Below, piece after piece: positions 62,820-64,000 of a DNA stretch of 64,000 bases; positions within the stretch are counted from its first letter, which is position 1; every line of letters begins with the position of its first letter. The DNA is from Macrostomum lignano (taxonomy: Eukaryota). The DNA lies in assembly GCA_002269645.1 (NCBI GenBank), contig NIVC01001008.1, positions 248,001 through 312,000 on the forward strand. Reading direction: 5' to 3'. The position numbers and the translations under genes are program-made. The notes under the pieces are model-generated. The model did no database searches and was not told the origin of the DNA. It saw only the letters and a program-made list of their open reading frames with translations.

Positions 62820-64000
62820 TTCGGCTGCTGCTGAGTTGCGGGAGGGGAGACGGAGACTTCCTCATGAGGCAAATCGAAAAGCTGCCTTTGTAGGCAACGG
62901 CCTGGCCAATAGGCGCTATGCTGCTCCCGATCCCAGTTCTGTCAGGTGGTTTAAGCCCAGCTTCATCTCTCGATAGGAGAAATTCTGAAACAAATTTTTA
63001 AATAGAGACTAATTGAACTTAGCAACCGCTTCCGGAGCAGATAAAACCCTATTACAGGAGATCAAAACGATAAATCAATGAATCATGAAAATCATCGAAA
63101 AATGTAATAAAAAACTGTGTATATAACCGAAGTAGAAGGACACTGGCTAACACTCGATTTTCCTAGAAATGACGTCATGGAGTCCGGTAAGGACCGCATG
63201 TTTGTCGGATCGCCAGTTCTCGAGAAATCGGATTTCGATAAAAAACAATAATAATAATTGATTACACTTGCCCTAATGGGCAGATGTGCAAAGTGGTCGT
63301 CATACACACCCTCAAATATCCCAGCTATTGTTGGCTAATGCTGAGAGTTATGTGTCAAGTGCTACAACACTGCCAATAGGCTATCAACATAAACAGCTGA
63401 TTACTAAATACACAATATCGGAGCTAACATACTAAATGTATGCCAGTTTTAGTATTATTGGTTTCAAGCTAGAGTGGCTGCGCACGTAATAGAACCGCGC
63501 AGAATGACGAGCTGCATCATGCATGTTGGAAATTATTCATTATGTAACCGGAACTTAAGACATTTCATTATTAAGAGGCGCGTATCAAGACCTAACGGTT
63601 TCTTTGTTCAGCTTAGGCAACTTAAAAGACTAAACGCGCCAAGTAACTATAAGGGCGAGATACAAGAGCAATGTTGACAGTTTGTGTAGCAGTAAAATAG
63701 GCATATCAGTTATTTATAGTTTGATCAACCCATTCTATTGGAGCATGTCAGTAAAAGAGAACGCCCCGAGCGTTCGCAGAGTGTTCTCTAGATAGCAGCG
63801 AACTGCAGACTCGCAGCGGCAAGCGCAGGACTGCGGAATTCAATTATAGCTGCGGGGCATTCAGCAGCTCAGATTGCTAAAGCAGATTTGCGCCTAATTT
63901 CTGTCTCTGCAGAACGACTAATCCTTGGAGTCTCGCTCAGCGTCTCCCCTCTCCGGAGCGGACTGATGCTCCGCAGGACTCGCGTGCCCGCCCTGATGTT

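Noticed and set aside
61996-62865. ORFs overlapping the GPCR (61996-62628 +, 62068-62865 -)
   Set aside because: Shadow frames of a GC-rich coding sequence.

Overview
Eukaryotic (animal) genomic DNA with spliceosomal genes. The GC-rich exons, minisatellite-filled introns and RTE/I-group retroelements suggest a free-living flatworm such as Macrostomum; this is inference, not a database match. Manually spliced genes: a 3-exon GH37 trehalase (-), an 8-exon couch potato/RBPMS/MEC-8 RRM gene (+) whose second RRM appears truncated, a SUEL/rhamnose-lectin-like type I membrane protein (-, 5' end unresolved), an orphan 2-TM ORF (+), a 3-exon UBE2L3/UbcH7 E2 enzyme (-), and a single-exon class A peptide-type GPCR (-). 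Mobile elements: a tRNA-derived CORE-SINE, a 5'-truncated RNase H-bearing I-group LINE with a 12-bp TSD, two copies of one hAT-type MITE, a DD34D mariner deletion derivative, another hAT-like MITE and decayed RTE LINE fragments. About 18 micro/minisatellite arrays are present. No CRISPR array, rRNA or true tRNA gene was seen. Most interesting signals: (1) near-total CpG loss confined to the first introns of the two housekeeping-type genes, plus CpG-deamination variants inside minisatellites, suggesting 5'-restricted gene-body methylation; (2) a 271-bp MITE and a sister copy whose internal 2-unit repeat expanded into a 2-kb minisatellite; (3) the truncated second RRM of cpo, with a stop overlapping a polyA signal and nearby CAC motifs. 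Counts were made by eye.
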